A stretch of 63,800 nt of DNA, filler included, from Phoronis australis (GCA_002633005.1; 10 parts of 10 records of this genome joined end to end with filler, not necessarily neighbours in it), one strand, 5' to 3'; positions 11,404 to 25,214 are shown, counted from the whole stretch's first letter. Notes: generated from the sequence alone by a model not told the origin. Made by a program: numbers and translations.

Positions 11404-14400
11404 TGAAGTCTTTTGTCCTGTATGATAACAAGCAAGCCAATTATCTCCCAGACTTCAAAGGAAACGTATGGTGGTTGCACCCTATTATCAAACGCGTATG
11501 AACACAGTTAAACTCAATGCGTCCGTTTGCACAAAACAGATTGTCTTAACTTCTGTTGTAGTTGGGCGATTTTGGTGATTCAAAAACGGAACATGATGAG
11601 CAATTGACGAAGAATTCAGAAATGCTATTGGTTGAACCTCAAATATGCTATGACTTAACTTTTATTTTTATCAGCCCAACCCAGTCAGTCTACGATCTGA
11701 TCGGAGATTAAAGCAATTATCGAACAAAAGAGCGCAGGCCCTCCAACCATAAATGCCAGAATGGAGTTAATCAGTCGTGTAAGATATTGGGGTAAACTTC
11801 CCAACTTGTTGTTGGGCTATAGAATCGAACAAGTTGGGAGCAACAGGATGTCTACGTCATGTGTAGACAAATGACTCGATCGCGCACAGGGGAGCAGAAG
11901 CTAATACTGAATTATGAAGGTCGTTAAAAGCAAATGGATGTCATGTCTAATAAAACTTTTGTAAGTATTGTTTTTCAAAACAACACTGTGTTCATTGTGT
12001 ATATACTATTTTTCACACTATGGTTTGACAATGATATATAAGACCTCCTTCATGTTAGGTGTTACACTTGCAATGGATTATTAAGTCACGTGCATTCGTG
12101 TTACCGAAATATTATGTAATCGTGTTGAAAATAAATACACAAAACCTACCGAGAGTGGTGTACTTGAAGTAATATCCCAAGAGACATTATTCTGCGTATC
12201 AACCGAGACCGAAGCCGAAAAGCGACGTCGAAATGTGTAAACTATGGATCAAACTCTGTTAACGGCCTCACGAGCAGCTGAACTTGGCAATGTTGCTTGA
12301 TTACTCGAAGGTTAAACACAAATACAGTTCTTCCAAAATACGCGCTTTTCAGTTTTGTGGCTATAGTGTAGGCCTATCTGATTTTGACGCCGGAGTTTCA
12401 CTCGTCTGGCCGCCGTTGTCTCGGCACCTGCAGGATCTCCGCACTGGTCTATCGGTAATTCCCGGAAATTGATGTCGTCAAGATTTTTTATTATTTTTCA
12501 TTTATTTCGACCTAATGGACAGCGTTTTGTTTCGTAGCAGTGATACATTTTTGTTATTCATATAGGCTGGCGTTCAACTGAACTTCTCGATCGGCACAGG
12601 AAGGGGCACTGGATTACTGAAGTCAAAGCCTTGTTCCAGCTGTTGTCACGAAAAAAAATAAACAGTTGAAATACTTTTTGATGAGAACCTCTAGTATACA
12701 CTTCGCCTGTAGAGTTAGAAAGAACTGGAACGTGACATTTAGATTTATGAGACTTTAAAACAGAATTTGAGTTATTTTTGTAAATAGCCATTTTTTGCCA
12801 CTACGCCTACACCAGACTTATCACCTTTTTTAACCATATCACAGCTTAGTTTGATCATGATACGTTTTAAATTAACTGAAAGGTACCTTTATGCAATGAA
12901 ACTACAAAAATTCGAAGTTCACCAGAAGGTAGGCCTAACTTAAATGTCTTAAGGTGAAATTACGGTCAATTCCATGCATTAATTAGACTTGGACATAGCC
13001 CTAGACCAACCGGAGCTAACTGGTTGCCTAGGACGCGATGAGTGTGTACCTGAGTTATTAACCTGACTTTCTTAATCAAAGTCTTTCGTTACAAGATTAG
13101 AAAAGCATAAACAGTGCTACCGACTCGACCTACTTACTCGGGGGTCCTGCCAGTTGTGACCTAACTTTCATTTGACTGAATTTATCAGACGACAGAATAA
13201 AAATATGGGTGAATCTTCCCTGATTTTGTTCGAAAAATCCTGAAATCCATGGCATCGTACAAAAATTCGACTTTAAGGTACATGAACCCTACGCTACTTT
13301 ATCCTTCAGTTGTCAGAGTAACCACCACCCGCAGGCTAATCTCCGTCCGTGAGTCGTGACTGGTGGACCGCACGTTCTGTATCTATTTAGTGGCATTGCC
13401 GGCGCGCGGAGTAGTTTCCTAAAGTACTCCATTCGCGCTGCAAACTTTTTAATCTCCCTGTACACTGGCAAGGGCATAACAGGCTCGAACACACACTGTA
13501 CTTCGTATAAAAGACATATTTAGCATAAAACGTACTACTGGAGAGATTCGCCGTCAGTCATCGTGGTATGATGTGGTCTTCTGCCATCTTCTGCTTCATT
13601 GTCATCTTCACGCTAGCACCGCACGTGAAAGGTGTAAAGCAGCGTGAGCCCGGGTTTTTAGAGCAGTTAAAGAGGTAAGATAAATAATCAAGACACGCCT
13701 GTTACTCAGGCAAATAACGTTCCCCTGTATGCCAGACTCAACATCAGTAATCGCACGGTAAAAGAAATGTTGTATTGCACACTCAAAGATGTTGATAACC
13801 CGTTTCAGCGATTCAAATTTTATTTGCCGTCCCCTGTCTAATATTGCTGATGGGAAGAAAGCTACAGGAAAGGATAACTGAACGCAGAGGATTGCGGTCC
13901 AGAATGAAGATATGGAGGAACAGAACTCGCCGAAGATTTGTTTTCTTGATAAGACGAAGAAGCAGAGCAAGTTCACCGGCTATATCTCATCGCAAAGTAA
14001 GATGATGCACTGTGTTCCAATTCCTAGTGCAAACTTAAAATGCGTGCTCTTTAAAGAAACATTCATACATTCATAGTGCGCATGTAATCGGACCATAATC
14101 AGGACAACTTCTACTCGAATATTTCGCATATAACACACATCACGAATATTTATACGACCAGTCCGAAAACAAAAGAAACGTTGGACGTGTTGAAGACCGC
14201 AAGTGTTTTCAAGCAGGAACTTTTCAAAGTGTAACTTGCAATCTTACACACAGTTATCGCATTTGATAACCACTTTATCACTTATTCGCATCTGTCCATT
14301 GAAAATTATTCCATCTCCTATCATAAGTAAACATGCTGGTGATAGAAAAAAGTTTATTTTGGGACCGAACAACATAAACAACTGGTTGATCACTAGCGCA

Positions 14401-17400
14401 GATTTTACCATTTACGATGCATAAAAACGGCAAGAGCAAAGCTATAATCGGTTTTCAGCGTCAACCGTGATCCATCCTTCTTCAGAGCTTGTCTTTCGGA
14501 CTTCGTAAAAAATTCTTTGTTTTTGAAGTTACAGCCTTCTAAGCGCTTCGGATTAGGAACACAATAATGCGTGTTTAGAGTGTTTACACCCGTTGGTGCA
14601 ACACTCAGCAAATAAAATCTTCGAAGTGACGGCCCACTTGCAATGCTTTCTTTGCCATAGGGCCCACCACTGCACTAGCCCGGGACACTACGACTCCAGG
14701 GGCCCCACGCTGATTCATGTCGTGGTAAGAAGTCAAATAATACAAATTTTACGAGTTGGTGCCAGTCCCTGTAACATGTTCTACTTGCATGAATGGGCCA
14801 TCCAGGAAATTTGTTGAATAACGAGCACGTAAAGCATTCAAACACATATATGTATAGGTAGGACCTGTTCTATACGGGCACATTCTCAACTACCAGCACG
14901 GATTTATTAATGCGCAACAAGTAAGCTAAAGCAAGAGAGGTGCCCGCACAGAACGAGGACCTACGCGGTGTACTCACAACATTGTCCCACGTTTAAAGAC
15001 GCATGACATTACTTTCAATTTAAAAGTTTAATCGATCAAATTGTTTCAAGGCTCATATCTCATACGGAAAATTGAGCGTTGTAAGGCACTGGCACTGTGA
15101 ATGCATGGGAGCACCCACCTAAGATTAATGGGGTGAGTACAGGGTCGTCGAATTTTGGTGGTTCCTGCCTTTTAAGTGTACTTTTGTCTCGTTTTTAACT
15201 TTTTTTTCTGAGTTGTTTCTCAGAGGTGGACTTTTTGCGAACTTCGTCAAATGGCTCGCTCGATCCCCCGAGCAACCCCTGGTTGGACGCGTGGAATGTG
15301 ACATTCTTTTTCGACACTAAATGCCTTTCCCGGCTTAGATTTGTTTGAAGCGGCAGTGTGGAAAGAGAGGCGAGGGACCCAGGTCCTCTCTAATTAGGTA
15401 TTTTAGGAGGGAGGTGTGCAAACGCACGTTTAAGGCGCCATGCACAGTTTTGGGGTGGGACAAATTAAAACGCAGTATGCTTCAGTTTTAAGGGTAGGGG
15501 TCGCATTTGTCCATTTGGTCATCTAGCTAATGGATGCCACACAGTCACTGTTTGCTTGTTCCTGTTTGAGACGCTAATGACTAGACATTTCACAATGTCG
15601 TTGACAACATTTTGTTTAAATTTGGTTTCGTGGAAGGTTAAAACAGTCGAAGTTGACGTGCAACACTTTCAGTCATCAACTTGGACGACGTGGACATTCC
15701 AAAGTTTCAAAACATTGGATTTATGTTATGAATATTTTTGGAATCAGATTGTAAAGATCAGATTTTTAAAAATTCGAATTAGTGCAATTTGAGAGCAACA
15801 ATGGCCAAAATATAACTTAATTGACATATCACCATTTTGAGTGACGGCTGAACTGACCAATCTGAATGTAGAATTCTTGACACACCTTCGTTTCCAAGCC
15901 TCCATTTTACCCGACGAACAAGACGTTGCCGGGTCAGGTGAAACTTAATGTTTGTTTGTCGACATTTCGCAAGGGGGCGGACATTGCGATAGGTCAATTG
16001 CGCACGCGCTACACGTAAAGCTTCCGAATGCCGACTATTAGAAGAAAAGCTTTGCGACATGTTCACAAAGAGGATCTGTTATATGGGACACGTTATGTTA
16101 CCATCTATGCAAGCAATCCAGCAAACGCACATAACGTAATTGTCAAGCTGAAGCCCGTGCTTTATTTTGCACATCACCTTGACACCTAAAAGTGACTAGT
16201 GAACGGTTCACATGCGGCTAAATCGCTAGCAGCAAAAACGGGCCAAGGATGTGAGTGGTCGCAAGGGTCTCTCTTGCTGGCGCTTTGCTAAAGGTTTGAA
16301 TTACTCCAAAAGTGTTGGCTTTTTCGGTCCGTAGCACTTTTGTAGCCAGACCGCTTACTTCAAGGGGCAAACATGTACTAGAGTTAAAGGCCTTTGTTGT
16401 ATTATCCCACGAATCAATTGATGTCAGAGAGTGAACTTATTTCGACACCACTCTTTATAAAAAAGCGACTGGGGGATACTCAAACAAACTACTGCTGAAG
16501 AAAACCTTTGCGCCAAGACAGCTTGTCTATCTGGCTATCTATGCAATCGTTTTCACACTTATGGACTGTATTTTGATAACAGTATCAACTAGGGAACCAG
16601 AATGCGTCACAAAAGACGGCCTGTCCGTTATTTTCAGATTAAAGGACGCGCATCATGGGCCTTGTGTACATTCCGTAGACAGGAGAATCTTGCGAGAAGA
16701 GACATTACGTCGAGCGTTTTGTTTTATTAGAGTTTTGCACGTACGGTCGAGATATTCGCGCGGCTCAGATTGGAATCGATTTTATGTGGCACAAAGCATT
16801 TCGGCGAAATTTAATTCTAAGCATGGTTTTAAGTCAAGAAACGAGTCGATTGATAATATATGAAAATAAATATTTTTAAAGAACTCGTTACCCGCCAATC
16901 GACACAATGCTTGCGTTATTTATCCCTATGAACATGGCGCGGGCATTGACTGGCAAATCCCTACGAAATTTCTTTATAAATTTGTTATTGTTGATGGACT
17001 TCTACTATAATTTAAAGGAATTCGCTGAAAACTAACTGAAAGCCCAAATTTTCCTTTGATAAAGTAGCATTCAAATCAATTCTCGTATAGCTGAAGCATT
17101 TTATCATGGAAATAAAAAATACACACACATTATTTTTCTGTAATCTTTAATCACAACAGAAACTACTTCCGGTCGAAAGTTAACCCAAACTTGTGCACTA
17201 ATTAAAACATAACCTTTATTTTGCATGTATTATGTGTAGGTCAATACAACAGAGAACACAGAACTGCTGCCATTTTAAAAATTCATACTTTAATACGGAT
17301 ACAGCAATCCACTGTGGACTGTTACGTCATACAGTTAGAGAAAACTTGTTGCGCTGCATCTTTCGAATGTTTCTTGTGACAAGTCTAAAACAGTCTCACA

Positions 17401-17444
17401 TTAAAATTTTCAAAAACTGTTAACAAGATATTCCGTGTCTAATT

Positions 17445-17537
17445 ATGACTGAAATACAACAAGGCACTAGTCAAAATAACTAAAATACAACAAGGCAATA
17501 GTCAAAATGACTGAAATACATCAAGGCAATAGTCAGA
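17445..17537. repeat. 31-bp tandem repeat x3
   Basis: Unit ATGACTGAAATACAACAAGGCAaTAGTCAAA. Confidence 0.85.
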
Positions 17538-17775
17538 AGGTAACAAGAAAAGCATGTAACGGAAAAATCTTTATGGAATTTGACAACACATTTCGGCTCA
17601 TGGCTTGCAATTTTCACGCTCAGGTTTAACTTGACGTTTATCGTCCCTCTACCAACTTTTCTTCATATAAACAAATTTAAAACCAGTTTTTGTTTTTTTT
17701 CTTTCATTCGGCTGCAAAAATAATAAAATATGGTAATGTTTTAGTTACCAGAAACTGCTTTACAAATGTAATTTG

Positions 17776-18370
17776 CGAATTGATGAAACAAAAGCGGTTT
17801 GTACAAAGGACCAGCATTTATGAGGGCATAACAATGTTTATGTGTGCGCGTTGCCTAGGTAACCAACATATATCACTGCAATATGTAGTTTCCAGGTTTA
17901 ATTAATGAGTGAACACTGTTCACTTTTACCACTCAAAAGGCAAAATAAATGTGATAAATCAGTTGTTCATAACTAGTGTTATTTTATTTGCTAGCATAGT
18001 ATTTATTGGTCAATTTATATCCTTCAAAAACTAATCCCCGCCTAAGCAGTTGAAGTCAACCGTGAGTCTTCTNCGAATTGATGAAACAAAAGCGGTTTGT
18101 ACAAAGGACCAGCATTTATGAGTGCATAACAATGTTTATGTGTGCGCGTTGCCTAGGTAACCAACGTATATCACTGCAATACGTAGTTTCCAGGTTTAAT
18201 TAATGAGTGAACACTGTTCACTTTTACCACTCAAAAGGCAAAATAAATGTGATAAATCAGTTGTTCATAACTAGTGTAATTTTATTTGCTAGCATAGTAT
18301 TTATTGGTCAATTTATATCCTTCAAAAACTAATCCCCGCCTAAGCAGTTGAAGTCAACCGTGAGTCTTCT
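17776..18370. repeat. 297-bp near-identical duplication across a single N, likely an unmerged haplotype overlap
   Basis: 17776-18072 and 18074-18370 flank the N at 18073. Four substitutions seen. Confidence 0.9.
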
Positions 18371-19583
18371 CTTGTTTTCTCACTACGTATGGGTGACCCA
18401 AATCCTGTACCCGAAAAGGAATGATTTCATGACGCTCACCGGCGCATGACCCCGGGTCAGTGTCTGGTTATTGTCTCTACCACCGATAAATTTTCACGAA
18501 CTTAATATTCATGAAGTCGCACAAATCTTGATGAATGGTCCATAAATTATGGGTCTGCAGTCAAAAACTAACTTCGGATTCACACTGCCGATAAAATCTA
18601 GTCTCATTTGTGTCTTACATTGGAAGAGAATTCTGAGCTTGGAATAGAGCTGATCGGTCCAGGGAAAGTCAAAATGTCGGGGCTGATGTCCAGCAATTGT
18701 CAATTCTTCTAAGACTCGGAAATCTCTATTACCTGAGAAAGGAATATTTTTATTGCGATAAGTGACCTAAATAAAATGTAGTTGCGTATAGCAGCTTTTG
18801 AACAATGATCGGAAATGTAATAAGGTTAATTTTAAGTCAAATTTTAATGCCAACGTACATTAAGGCCCACCGTGTAAATTGTCTCCCATGGTGGCAGCCT
18901 TAATATTTGGACAATATTTTTACTTTGTTTACTCTCGACAAGTTGAAAAGTATTAACTATAATGTATTTACATCTACTAGGGTAGATAATCTGGTGAAAA
19001 TAAGCGAGCTATAGCCCCTTCTTTTTTCAATGCTACGCTGCCCATGCTTATACCAGAAATATGCGTCGCGGTTGTTCTTGATAGACATCAAGTCTGCAGT
19101 AACTAATCACGTACACTGTACATGTATGTCTCGATTCCAACAAATGTGTTCAATTTGTGAGAACATTGAACATGAATATTTTTCAAGAAGCGTAGCGCAA
19201 CAAATAACTAATTTGTCACTTGCATAGGAACCGTAATTGCAAAATGAAATGCATTTGATTAAGACTTTCTCCTAATCTGTGTTTGCAAATTTAGAACAAA
19301 TTAAATGTTTTATAAGAAAAACTGTCCCACCAGGATCTGTAGAAAACCAGATTGATATTTTCGTTATATTCAGGTGACATGAGAACAATATGCATTTAGT
19401 CATACTATTACAGTGTAGATAAGCCTGAAATATCTCCCAAATAAATGGAGTCAAGAAAATAATTTCAGTCAAACCTCTTTAATGATACCAACACGAAGAT
19501 GTAAACCAATACACCGCAGCAAGGCATTGAGCAGTGTGTGTCATTCGCTACTAATTTACAGACTGCTACTTTCCAAAAGAACC

Positions 19584-19683
19584 NNNNNNNNNNNNNNNNN
19601 NNNNNNNNNNNNNNNNNNNNNNNNNNNTTAATTAATTAANNNNNNNNNNNNNNNNNNNNNNNNNNNNNNNNNNNNNNNNNNNN
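19584..19683. other. Artificial contig-joining spacer (first of nine)
   Basis: Exactly 44 N + TTAATTAATTAA (stops in all six frames) + 44 N. Identical spacers lie at 34646-34745, 38358-38457, 43578-43677, 48996-49095, 53399-53498, 56370-56469, 58853-58952 and 62514-62613. Confidence 0.98.
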
Positions 19684-20495
19684 GTATGGAGAAATGTAGC
19701 AATTTCATTGTTAGAAACATCATTTAATCTACTTTTCTTGACCCTTGTTATAATTAAACTGGAGGTCAAATTCATGAATGTCCATTGATAAATTTATTAC
19801 AATGGTTAAAATTAAAGGCAGTTTGGCCCAAACAGCTGAGTCATAGTTCAAAGGTACCAGACATTCATTAACACAGCCAAGAAGATCAAGTTTTTATACC
19901 ATAAGATGGTCAGAGTCCAACGGCTGAACACTTGACAATACTTTCTAGACCATGTTTATTTGCAAAACATTTGTTTGTTATGTGAAAAAACAGCAAATGA
20001 CATGGATAATTTTCTGAAGAGGAAAGTCGCGACTAACGTCTCAGACAGTAATAAACAAAACATTGGGTATTTTGTTATCTGCATACTACAGCCATTGGAA
20101 GGGACACCTCATAAGCATAAAACAAATAATGTACTTAAGTGTTGTCAAATATGCAGACTCTCGCACATTTCCTATGTAAACTTAACTAGAGACTTTTAAG
20201 GGCTAATTGGCTATTGCCACGCTTCTCAAGACAATCAACACTGTTGACACGTAACAGCGCTTTCTTTTGACAAGAATATACATGACTTTGTGTGCTTGAC
20301 CTTTTACCAACTAAGATGTCTTACGCTGCTCCTACATATGTGGTCTTGAGCAACGAGCGTGAATATCACTAAGCCACGCTCCTGCAACAAAAATGTTGGA
20401 GAACTGAGTCGAGTCGTCCTGTTTTAACAGGTAGCTGTCATGTCATGTAGCGTTCAGGCCAGGAACCAGCCAGATCACAATTGACAATAAGCTTT

Positions 20496-20727
20496 CCCAC
20501 CCACCAAGAAAGCTGTTCATACAAGCCTACCCTAGCACCAACAAAGATGTTCATACGAGCCTACCCACCCACAAACAAAGCTGTTCATACAAGCCTACCC
20601 ACCTACCAACAAAGCTGTTCATACAAGCCTACTCACCCACCAACAAAGATGTTCATATGAGCCTACCCACGTACCAACAAAGCTGTTCATACAAGCCTAC
20701 CCATCTACCAACAAAGATGCTCATACG
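20496..20727. repeat. 34-bp minisatellite, ~7 copies, in VPS33B intron 7
   Basis: Unit ACCAACAAAGCTGTTCATACAAGCCTACCCACCT. Confidence 0.9.
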
Positions 20728-20730
20728 TAC

Positions 20731-20808
20731 CACTGTTGATGCCAAACGTATCGTCCAGAAGGCCTTCATATGTCACCTGGGAACATAGCGGAGTCACAAA
20801 ATCCACAT
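20731..20808 (-). CDS. VPS33B: VPS33B exon 7 (gene continues beyond the contig end)
   Basis: TTTCAG acceptor, GTACGT donor, 78 nt, phase 1-1. Encodes [26 protein letters not shown], a Sec1/Munc18-family hallmark. Confidence 0.92.
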
Positions 20809-21848
20809 CTGAAACAGATTGTTCATTTTGTTAGTATTCAGCACTTGACACAGACGAAAATGTATGCTCAAAAATACGAGTGACGGCACATTTAGACTCG
20901 TATTTCCGGATTTGGGATCGTTAAAGTGGTGACCAATAAAAAAGAAGAGCATCTGCTCAGCGCCTGTCTGAGTGATACGAGTGAGACCAATTTCTACAGT
21001 GTCACGTATTTTACTTTTCCTCTCATACTTTCGAGCGGTTTAATTGCTTATTTCAAGCCTTGTTATTGATATCAGATTTAAATAGATTTGACAACAGAGG
21101 CAAGACGTCAACAGACCTCTGCCAAACTTGAATAAACAACTTGCCAGAATTATTTGGCAGTTTAGTCAAACCTTTGTCACAATAAAATATTTTTATCGAA
21201 CTTTTGCCAGAGTTTAATGCACCTAGCTGGTATTTGTATGTAATAGACTTATGCAATAAATTGTCACGATTCATCAACGTTGATTTAGAAAGAACCAAAA
21301 TGGATACCACTTGAAAATAAATGCAATTTTTAGTGTGGTTTTGCCCGCAGAAATTTTTTCGAACTTCGAATATGTCTGGTTTAATTTGACTATTATTATA
21401 CAGTGAGTACCAGCTTTACAGCCTTCTTAGTAAATTGAAATTCATTATTTTGAATACATCAGTTATTATGCCATTTATTTCATAGGAATTTTTACAAAAG
21501 TGCCTCTAAATTCTGAATGATGCCGACTCATATTCAGTTTCATCGTTTGCAGAAAAATCTCCTCAATTTAGGACATAATTAATGAATAGTGACATTTTGA
21601 GTTTTCATTTGTTCATACAAGATAAAAAGCAACAAACAGATGCCTTATCTTTATGAGTCCAATCACAAACACTTTAAGATGTTTACAACAAATTAGGAGG
21701 CTTTGAAAAATATCTATTTTCATTATTATTATTTTTGTCTAGTGAGATTTTACCACATAAGCATCACAATAATTTTTTAAAAAATCGCTCCTCGTCGGAA
21801 ATTGGCAAAATTTGACAACAAATTTTAGGTTACTTGTAAACAGCTTAC

Positions 21849-21942
21849 CTCTGTCTATGAGGATAGCATGTCCAATCTCACAGTTGAGTTGTTTTGGCTC
21901 ACCAACAGTCTCAAACATTGTTCGGGTAAGATCATAAACAGC
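21849..21942 (-). CDS. VPS33B: VPS33B exon 6
   Basis: TTTCAG...GTAAGC, 94 nt. Encodes AVYDLTRTMFETVGEPKQLNCEIGHAILIDR. Confidence 0.9.
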
Positions 21943-21946
21943 CTGA

Positions 21947-22277
21947 AATAATGATGTAACATGTGAACAGACCAGCTCCAGTAAAATAATGTATCAGATG
22001 TAACATGTGAACAGACCAGCTCCAGTAAAATAATGAATAATGATGTAACATGTGAACAGACCAGCTCCAGTAAAATAATGAATAATGATGTAACATGTGA
22101 ACAGATCAGCTCCAGTAAAATAATGAATAATGATGTAACATGTGAACAGATCAGCTCCAGTAAAATAATGAATAATGATGTAACATGTGAACAGACCAGC
22201 TCCAGTAAAATAATGAATAATGATGTAACATGTGAACAGACCAGCTCCAGTAAAATAATGTATCAGATGTAACATGA
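21947..22277. repeat. 45-bp minisatellite, ~7 copies, in VPS33B intron 5
   Basis: Unit AATAATGATGTAACATGTGAACAGAcCAGCTCCAGTAAAATAATG. It produces the repetitive ORFs at 21994-22275 and 22033-22272. Confidence 0.95.
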
Positions 22278-22393
22278 GAAGAGCAGTTCTTGTAAAAAAA
22301 TTGCTGCCTGAAATTACGAAAATACATTCCCAAGAAAATCAAATTTTCTTCAATCACAACAGTTGAAAATTCTCATCTGGATGTCTGCTTAGG

Positions 22394-22585
22394 ATTAAAC
22401 TACTCAGTTCTTATATTACATTTAAAGGTTTACCTTAAAAATCAGCAGAAGATTTCCTTGTGTTTATGGCGTATTGCTACATACAGCGCCACCTACACTG
22501 AAGAAGGCAACATCAAAGCTTTTGAAAACTTCTGCCGATTTTTAAGGTAAACCTTGAGTGTGATGTAAGAACTGAGTAGTTTAAT
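22394..22585. mobile_element. MITE-like foldback element with ~57-bp inverted arms
   Basis: ATTAAACTACTCAGTTCTT...AAGGTTTACCTTAAAAATCaGCAGAAG pairs with CTTCTGCcGATTTTTAAGGTAAACCTT...AAGAACTGAGTAGTTTAAT. Confidence 0.8.
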
Positions 22586-23439
22586 AATTTTTCTGATGTT
22601 TCAATGACGTAGACTACTTAGAAATTTATTTAATAATTTTTAAGTTAGCATATAATGGATCCTTCAAATAGAAGAATTTTCTTCCACACAAGAACATGGT
22701 AAAGAGTTCCCAGCATGCATTTCCTTAGTTTTTGAGGTTTCGCTTAGTTGATATGAAATGAATACCATAAGCACTTTTTATGCCAAATAGTCACGACTTT
22801 TTTAATTTGAAGAAAAACATGTTATTTCCAAGTTTCCCGCCAAAATGATGTAATAGGTGGAAGACGTTTGGTCACTTAACAATCAACTGCAATGGCGAAC
22901 ACGGCAGATAAGAAGACGAGGACAATATTGATAGAGAACTGAACAATTATTATGCAGACAGAGAAGAGAGAAAATGCGAGCATCATACTCAAGAACTAGA
23001 CGAATCAGATAATGAATTCGATTTCCCGGTTTTGAGGCCATATGAATTCGACTCACTTGCAGTAGAAATGCTACAGACAACAGAGCCAAGGGGAGGTCAA
23101 TATTCTTAAAATAGACACTTAATAACCATTGACAAAGACCACATTAAACCTGGGTCACCTGTATTCACTATTGCCATGCTGGAAAACACAATGCATAAAC
23201 CTACGGGCATGGGGACTGGTTACCCTCTCCAAGCCCAAACTGAAGTGGAAACCTGCAAGCTGGTCTGGCTGACTCCACTGAATGACAGATGCATTGACAG
23301 CTCACATAAAGGCGTGGAAATATGACAACTATAGAATGAAATAGCAGTAACTGTTCTCGCCTTGAGGTGAGCAAGCTGTCCTTCACATGAGGCAGCCAGC
23401 TTTGCTGGTAGTGCTCCATCTCCACTGGCCAGTACATAC

Positions 23440-23544
23440 CTTCGCACACGTGCCCTGGACATGAACGTTGGGGATAAGACCAAATATTTGTTGAAGATTC
23501 ACCAGTGACTTGGCCATTGTGTGGAACCAACTCTGGTCATTATG
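23440..23544 (-). CDS. VPS33B: VPS33B exon 5
   Basis: TTTTTCAG...GTATGT, 105 nt. Encodes HNDQSWFHTMAKSLVNLQQIFGLIPNVHVQGTCAK. Confidence 0.9.
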
Positions 23545-23983
23545 CTGAAAAAATTTTTTTAGAGTGCCATGTAACAAAATTTGAAAGCAATCAACGAGGA
23601 ATATCAACCTGCAATTTTTGCACGCTAAAAGTTAGAAAATTTAGATGCAGCAATAATGTAACATGCCTAAACATTGACTGGCAACTTTTTGTGAACTTCT
23701 TCAACAAGATTCAGAGGCTATCTGCATGTTGCCTTAGTTGTCAATAATTGTTTGATGTATTTCAAAGAGTATAGCAGTTTCCCCAACATAAAAATCCCAA
23801 AGCAACAGTTTTCACAAAATTCTACGCCAATTCACAATTATTTTTTGTGACTTCTTCCACTATTTTCAAAAAATCACATTAGTGAGGAAACCTGTCAAAT
23901 TTCTACACACTGCAAAATTAATGAAATAAAGTCTAAGTCAGCAATTTCTGATGAAGTAATGCATCAACTGATAAAACACTCAC

Positions 23984-24124
23984 TAGGAAGAAACTGGGCA
24001 GCGTGTCAGGAATCTCGAGTGAAAGTAGGTCATGGTCCAGTGGAATTAGGTCAAGTGGGTACTCATGCACCGTGACATGACCATAAACCCCCTCATGCTC
24101 CAGAATTGTATCACAGATATGGAG
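23984..24124 (-). CDS. VPS33B: VPS33B exon 4
   Basis: TTCCAG...GTGAGT, 141 nt. Encodes LHICDTILEHEGVYGHVTVHEYPLDLIPLDHDLLSLEIPDTLPSFFL. Confidence 0.92.
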
Positions 24125-25214
24125 CTGGAATTGAACAACAAGGTTTTTTAAAGTCTCACAATGCAGAACTGATACTTTCTTTCAGTCTGTAGATCATTAC
24201 ATGTAACATAGTAAGGAACATTCATTCCAGCCTCTGGATATTCAGAATCCAGGACCAGGACCGTAAACACTTTGTTAAGTTGTGTTTACTTAAATGTCAA
24301 CTGGGACAGTTGTATGACTGACAGCAGGGTTCACAAAGAACTGCTTTATTGAGTTTGCATATCGATTTAAAAAGGCCCATTGTATGTGACCCAAAGTCAC
24401 CCCTGCAAAATTATAATCCACTACACATACTAGTTACCCTCTAGTTCAGTGCATACAGTATTCTAAAACCACCCCAGTTTAGCACACAACAGCTATGCCT
24501 GACTGGTGAAGTTCACTTTATCATTTGTTCATATAAGATATAGAACACCAAATTAATGCTTTACAACATTCAAGTTTTGTATGATGTCCACCATCACACA
24601 AAATTCTGAACATTTCTGGGCACTGAAAACAATGTAAAAAGACCCAGAAATATGAGAAAAGGACATGGCAATTGCTGCGTCCAAAATTAGTAAATTTTAC
24701 TGTATTATAAATATGAGCCATACTATATAATTCCCACTTAACAATTCCAAACAGATCATTTAGGATATCAGTGAGTAAAAAAATCAATTTTAAACAAGCT
24801 GGCCGGTACTTCCAAATTTGGGGGCTCTCAATTCATTTGCAGATACTCTTGAAATTCTTGATGATGAATGTAAAGGGCATGAGAGATTACACAACCGGAA
24901 ATTGACCAAAAGTCGGGGATGGGCAATTACCTGGGTATGAGCGTTAACCATCGAGTTTACGGTAGTTATGACCAACCTTCTCAATCCATAACAATAATGA
25001 CTAGTCAGATCTTCCCAAGCCGACGATTCAGTTTTAATCACAGTAAGGTGGAGACCAACCTTATGGTGCCAAGAAGTACCCAGCATTTTGACATCGAAAA
25101 TCTTGAAAATCAAATGCACATTTGAAACTTTAGCAAAAAGATAGTTGCATCATAACTGATTTTTCAAGAGCAACTCAGAACTTGCATGTACACTGAACAG
25201 AGAGCGCCCCCTAC

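Noticed and set aside
13600-14860. Possible decayed MULE/SWIM transposase on the minus strand (CSCRFYAS/NGKIC-like string near 14400-14440)
   Set aside because: It needs an assumed frameshift, lacks the final His, and no DDE motifs were recognised. A tBLASTx against Repbase would be required.
21947-22277. Repeat array as a CRISPR array or a repetitive protein ORF
   Set aside because: The units are contiguous with no unique spacers and no cas genes. The ORFs arise because 45 is a multiple of 3, and the array lies in a VPS33B intron.
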